From NCBI GenBank assembly GCA_964348825.1, contig CAYGDX010000001.1, positions 175,463 through 239,462 of the forward strand: 64,000 nucleotides of DNA, given 5' to 3'. The notes beneath the pieces are model-generated. The model ran no database searches. It had not been told where the DNA came from and saw only the letters and a program-made list of their open reading frames with translations. The number at the start of each line of letters is the position of its first letter. The stretch's first letter is position 1. A program made the position numbers and the translations under genes. Shown piece after piece: positions 60,125-64,000 of the stretch. Source of the stretch: an uncultured Gammaproteobacteria bacterium (GTDB lineage: Bacteria > Patescibacteriota > Patescibacteriia > Veblenbacterales > UBA10138).

Positions 60125-60390
60125 CTGCCGCCTTGTCGTAGGGTTTGTACAGAGCGCAAGTCAAACGAGCGTCCGGCTTGGACGTGTCTGTGGTCGCTCG
60201 GCACCCGCCTGCCGAAGCTGTTTCCCCAAGTTAACGTACGATGATTAGTATACTTTAGTTCATTATTAGAAATACTGAAACCAAGTTGGGCTAGCGGCGG
60301 GCAGGTAGTCCAAGCCAGCTCATTTGACGAGCACTGTTCAAACCCTATACCCGCGCGGCGACTCTTGCACAACTTCTCTAGAGAAGTGGT
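60125..60390 (+). mobile_element. MITE-like repeat family 1, copy 6, carrying a nested family-2 element
   Basis: The family-1 left arm (60125..60204) and right arm (60313..60390) are interrupted by about 108 bp. The interrupting piece runs cccgcctgccgaagct … gctagcggcgggcaggtag, the same termini as the standalone element at 42479..42594. Confidence 0.6.
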
Positions 60391-60796
60391 AAAAATACTA
60401 TTTTGACCAATTTTTACTTTAGTGTTAAGTTTAAATCAAATTGCACCTAAATAAAATGAGCTTAAATTGATATCAACTCCCACCTCAAAAACATCTCTAA
60501 AAATGTTACGATGGATTTTATCGTACACATTAATTGCTATGGTAATGGATTAGTACGTGCTTTCTCCTTAGGAGATTGTTGACTCGGCCTGCCTATATCA
60601 CAATATAGTGAAAATTATCACGGCAATTTGTCAATTTTTGTTCAAACGAACCCAGCTACTAAGAGTTTAATTATATTTGTTAGCAAGATTAGAATTAGTT
60701 AGAGTAAGATACTTGGGGGAGGTGAAGCCCGGTACTGTGCTATCAAGCTCTAGTACTGGGCGAAGCCAAAATGCTCTTTCAAATTAAATTTATTTT

Positions 60797-60838
60797 CAAG
60801 CCAATTTGTAAGTTCTGCAAATTGGCTTCGTTTTTTAA
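60797..60838 (+). terminator. Intrinsic terminator in the non-coding island, possible 3' end of a small RNA
   Basis: aagccaatttg-taagttctg-caaattggctt followed by cgtttttt. Confidence 0.5.
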
Positions 60839-61103
60839 AATTATTACAAAATGTAACGATCGTTACATTTTGTAATAATTTAAAATTAATAATGACTATA
60901 AATTTGTTTAGCTTAAACAAAGACGGCAATTAATTTATCTCATCATTTCTAGTGTGTCGTAGCAGTTGGGATTTGCCCCTAGCACTTAACTACCGGTAAC
61001 CCCTTGAGTTTAGTCTATCTAGATAGGCAAAATTTTGAGGGTCTTTTTTTATTCTGTAGAAATAGTATAATTAGATTGTATTTACCCTTAATTTCACTAG
61101 CTT

Positions 61104-62120
61104 ATGTCAGTTAAAATAGCAATCAATGGGTTTGGTCGAATTGGCCGCGCCGCTTTTCGCGTTGCCCTAACTAAATCAAATGTAAAAGTCGTGGCGATTA
61201 ACGATTTAATGCCACCAGATGTACTAGCTCATCTACTTCAATATGATACGGTTTATGGTGTTTTTAATGGCAAAGTTTCATTTGATGATAAAAATTTAAT
61301 TGTGAATGGTAAAAAATATCCGGTGTTAGCAGAAAAAGAACCGGAGTTACTACCGTGGAAAAAGTTAGGTGTAGAAGTGGTGCTGGAATGTACTGGTCGT
61401 TTTACTAAAAAAGAAGAGGCGGCCTTACATATTAAAGCCGGCGCTAAAAAAGTTGTTTTGTCAGCACCAGCTAAGGGTGGTGGCGTGGCTACCAATATTT
61501 TAGGTGTGAGTGATTCAAGTAAAATAAAGGATAATGTAATTTCTAATGCTTCGTGTACAACTAATTGTATTTCACCAATCGCACAAGTAATGGTGAGTGC
61601 TTTTGGCGTAAAAAAAGCCATGATGACAACTATTCATTCTTATACAGCGGAGCAGAATTTAGTAGATGGCCCACCACCATCACTCCATAAAGATTTGCGT
61701 CGTGCTCGAGCCGCGGCACAAAATATTGTACCAACTACTACTGGCGCCGCCATTGCTACAGCTGAAGTTATCCCCGAACTTAAAGGTTTGTTTGATGGTT
61801 TAGCAATTCGCGTGCCCACGATTTGTGTATCGCTATCGGATTTTACTTTTGTACTTAAAAAATCAGTAAACAAAGAAGAGGTAAATAAGGTTTTTATTAA
61901 AGCGTCACAGAGTCCGCGTTATAAAGGAATTATGGCAGTGACGAACGAACCGCTAGTATCATCAGATTTTATTGGCAATCCACATTCAGTGATTGTTGAT
62001 TTATCGTTAACGCAAGTGGTTAGCGGCGATTTAGTGAAAGTTGTTGGTTGGTATGATAATGAATGGGGTTATGCCAATCGGTTGGTGGAGATGGCGGGTA
62101 TGGTGGCAAGTAGCAAATAG
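61104..62120 (+). CDS. gap: Glyceraldehyde-3-phosphate dehydrogenase (type I)
   Basis: 338 aa. NGFGRIGR, catalytic SNASCTTNC, and WYDNEWGY. Confidence 0.95.
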   Translation: MSVKIAINGFGRIGRAAFRVALTKSNVKVVAINDLMPPDVLAHLLQYDTVYGVFNGKVSFDDKNLIVNGKKYPVLAEKEPELLPWKKLGVEVVLECTGRFTKKEEAALHIKAGAKKVVLSAPAKGGGVATNILGVSDSSKIKDNVISNASCTTNCISPIAQVMVSAFGVKKAMMTTIHSYTAEQNLVDGPPPSLHKDLRRARAAAQNIVPTTTGAAIATAEVIPELKGLFDGLAIRVPTICVSLSDFTFVLKKSVNKEEVNKVFIKASQSPRYKGIMAVTNEPLVSSDFIGNPHSVIVDLSLTQVVSGDLVKVVGWYDNEWGYANRLVEMAGMVASSK

Positions 62121-62142
62121 CGAATGGCAAATAGCACGATTG

Positions 62143-62172
62143 TCATTCCCGCGAAAGTGGGAATCTAGAAAT
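62143..62172 (+). repeat. Short palindromic unit downstream of gap
   Basis: ttgtcattcccgcgaaagtgggaatctagaaa. Confidence 0.8.
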
Positions 62173-62294
62173 AAATCGTTTAAATCCTAAATCCGAATAT
62201 CGAAATCCGAAATAAATCACAAATTCTAAAATTTAGTCATTTGGATTTGATTTGACATTTGGATTTTGAAATTTGAAATTATACAACTCAGGTT

Positions 62295-63467
62295 ATGTCA
62301 AATAAATTCAAATCCATTGCTGAACATTATAATATCAAAGGCAAAACCGCCTTGGTTCGCATTGGTTGCGACGTGCCGATGCAAGGTAAAAAAATTGTCG
62401 ACGATAGTCGTCTGCGAGAAATTTTACCGACTATAAGATTTTTAGAAAAGCATGGCGCATATATTATTTTAGTAGGTCATTTAGGTCGACCGGGTGGAAA
62501 AGTTGTGTCGTCGCTATCATTAAAACCAATTGGTTATCATTTAGGAAAATTATTGCGTCAACCAGTAAAAGTAATACCAATTAATTATGGTTATAAAAAA
62601 ATAATCAGTGAAGCCAAAAGTGGCGTGGTGCTACTTGAAAATATTCGTTTCGAAGTCGGGGAAGATTCTAATGATAATAATTTAGCTAAAAATTTAGCGC
62701 GACTAGCTGATTTTTTTGTAAACGAGGCCTTCTCTGTTTCCCATCGCGAGTCAGCTTCTTTGTGTGGTGTGGCTAAATATTTACCGTCGTTTGCGGGGCT
62801 GACTTTATACCATGAAATCACGACGCTTAAAAAATTTATGTCGCCGCGTAGAAAAATTAAGTCAGTAGCGATTATTGGTGGTGCAAAAGTAGCTGATAAA
62901 TTGCCAGTGATAAAGTCACTGCTTAAAAAAGTAGATTATGTTTTAACTGGTGGTGCAGTAGCCAATACTTTACTTAAAGCTAAAGGTAGGGAAGTTGGCG
63001 TATCGTTAATTGATAAAGATGATTTGTCAATTGCTCGTGTTTTGGTTCGAGGTTCAGCCCGCGTTTTGGTTTTACCTAAAGATGTTGTAGTATCTAAGGG
63101 CGCGCGAGGCCTAATTAAATTCGCCACAAAATTATCGGTTCGTGATAAAATTATTGATTTAGGACCACTTACCACCGCTTTATATTTAAAGTATTTAAAA
63201 ACAGCTCGTATTATTTTTTGGGCTGGTAGTTTAGGAATTACCGAACATAAAGTTGGTAGTCAAAGCACTTTAGCAATTGGTAAGTTTTTATCTAAAATGT
63301 CGCATGGCAGTACCCAAGTGTTGGTAGGTGGCGGCGATACTGGTAGTTTTTTAATAAATCAAGGTTTAAAAGTCACTCATATTTCAACCGCTGGTGGAGC
63401 ACTGCTTGAATTTTTAGCGGGACATAAACTTCCAGCATTAATGGCGTTAGGTTATTACGAAAGGTAA
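62295..63467 (+). CDS. pgk: Phosphoglycerate kinase
   Basis: 390 aa (…ILVGHLGRPGG…, FVNEAFSVSHR, GGGDTGSF). Confidence 0.93.
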   Translation: MSNKFKSIAEHYNIKGKTALVRIGCDVPMQGKKIVDDSRLREILPTIRFLEKHGAYIILVGHLGRPGGKVVSSLSLKPIGYHLGKLLRQPVKVIPINYGYKKIISEAKSGVVLLENIRFEVGEDSNDNNLAKNLARLADFFVNEAFSVSHRESASLCGVAKYLPSFAGLTLYHEITTLKKFMSPRRKIKSVAIIGGAKVADKLPVIKSLLKKVDYVLTGGAVANTLLKAKGREVGVSLIDKDDLSIARVLVRGSARVLVLPKDVVVSKGARGLIKFATKLSVRDKIIDLGPLTTALYLKYLKTARIIFWAGSLGITEHKVGSQSTLAIGKFLSKMSHGSTQVLVGGGDTGSFLINQGLKVTHISTAGGALLEFLAGHKLPALMALGYYER

Positions 63468-63629
63468 AATTAAATATTAATTTATATTTAAATCCATAAT
63501 GTCTAAATCCTAATATCTAATTTCTAAACTCTAAATAAATTCAAAATATATAAATCAGAAAAGTTTAAATTTTAGTCATTTGGATTTTAAAATTTATTTA
63601 GGATTTAGTGCTTCGGATTTCGGATTTAA

Positions 63630-64000
<371 letters not shown>

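Noticed and set aside
60290-60360. tRNA T-arm-like string (gttcaaacc / gttcaaatcc) inside MITE copies
   Set aside because: No matching T-stem, acceptor stem or anticodon arm around it. The string is part of the MITE terminal inverted repeat.

Overview
This 64 kb window looks like part of a streamlined, AT-rich bacterial chromosome. Gene content and the short forms of several housekeeping proteins (ThrRS 581 aa, EF-Ts 204 aa, PheT 710 aa) are compatible with a Candidate Phyla Radiation/Patescibacteria-like organism; that is inference. Translation table 11 applies: TGA is used as a stop (for example 30293..30295) and no conserved gene needs read-through.

The backbone is housekeeping:
- The F1Fo ATP synthase operon atpF(partial)-H-A-G-D-C.
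- A DoxX membrane protein, an AlkD-like DNA alkylation repair gene, a UvrD/PcrA-like helicase fused to a C-terminal PD-(D/E)XK nuclease, a protein with a PEP-utilizing-enzyme mobile domain, a family II pyrophosphatase (ppaC), pheS/pheT and gyrB.
- A 1970-aa multidomain membrane protein.
- secE-nusG-rplK-rplA.
- A tight dTMP-synthesis cluster: dcd, a P-loop NMP-kinase-like gene, dut, a purine nucleoside phosphorylase (minus strand), thyA, folA and tmk.
- gatB, miaA, a standalone response-regulator receiver, thrS, dnaE, ftsW/rodA, rplY, prmC-prfA, rpmE, rpsB-tsf-pyrH, and gap-pgk-eno(partial).

The repeat content is what makes the window unusual:
- A ~160 bp MITE-like element with ~30 bp imperfect terminal inverted repeats is present in 6 copies. 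One copy carries a nested copy of a second ~115 bp element.
- A ~30 bp palindromic unit (ATTCCCGC-N4-5-GCGGGAAT core, form ATTCCC-N8-GGGAAT) is present in about 10 copies, mostly just downstream of highly expressed genes. Two inverted copies are inserted in-frame into the alkylation-repair gene.
- Several families of AT-rich word repeats (tagaacat, aaatccgaaat, atttgacatttgaaat, aaatcctaaat, tagcaaatggcaaatag, aaagtcaaaagt) fill almost every intergenic region, often as inverted pairs at gene starts. A tandem heptamer from one of these families sits in-frame inside gyrB.
- The giant 1970-aa ORF combines a coiled-coil N-terminus, transmembrane helices, a GT2 glycosyltransferase domain and a divergent Hanks-type kinase-like C-terminus, with a sharp drop in GC at about 23.9 kb.
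- The stretch 58.2..61.1 kb (one secreted Ser/Thr/Asn-rich protein plus ~1.4 kb of non-coding DNA with a candidate small RNA, terminators and a 42 bp perfect palindrome) is bracketed by MITE copies.

No rRNA, tRNA or CRISPR array could be supported from the sequence.
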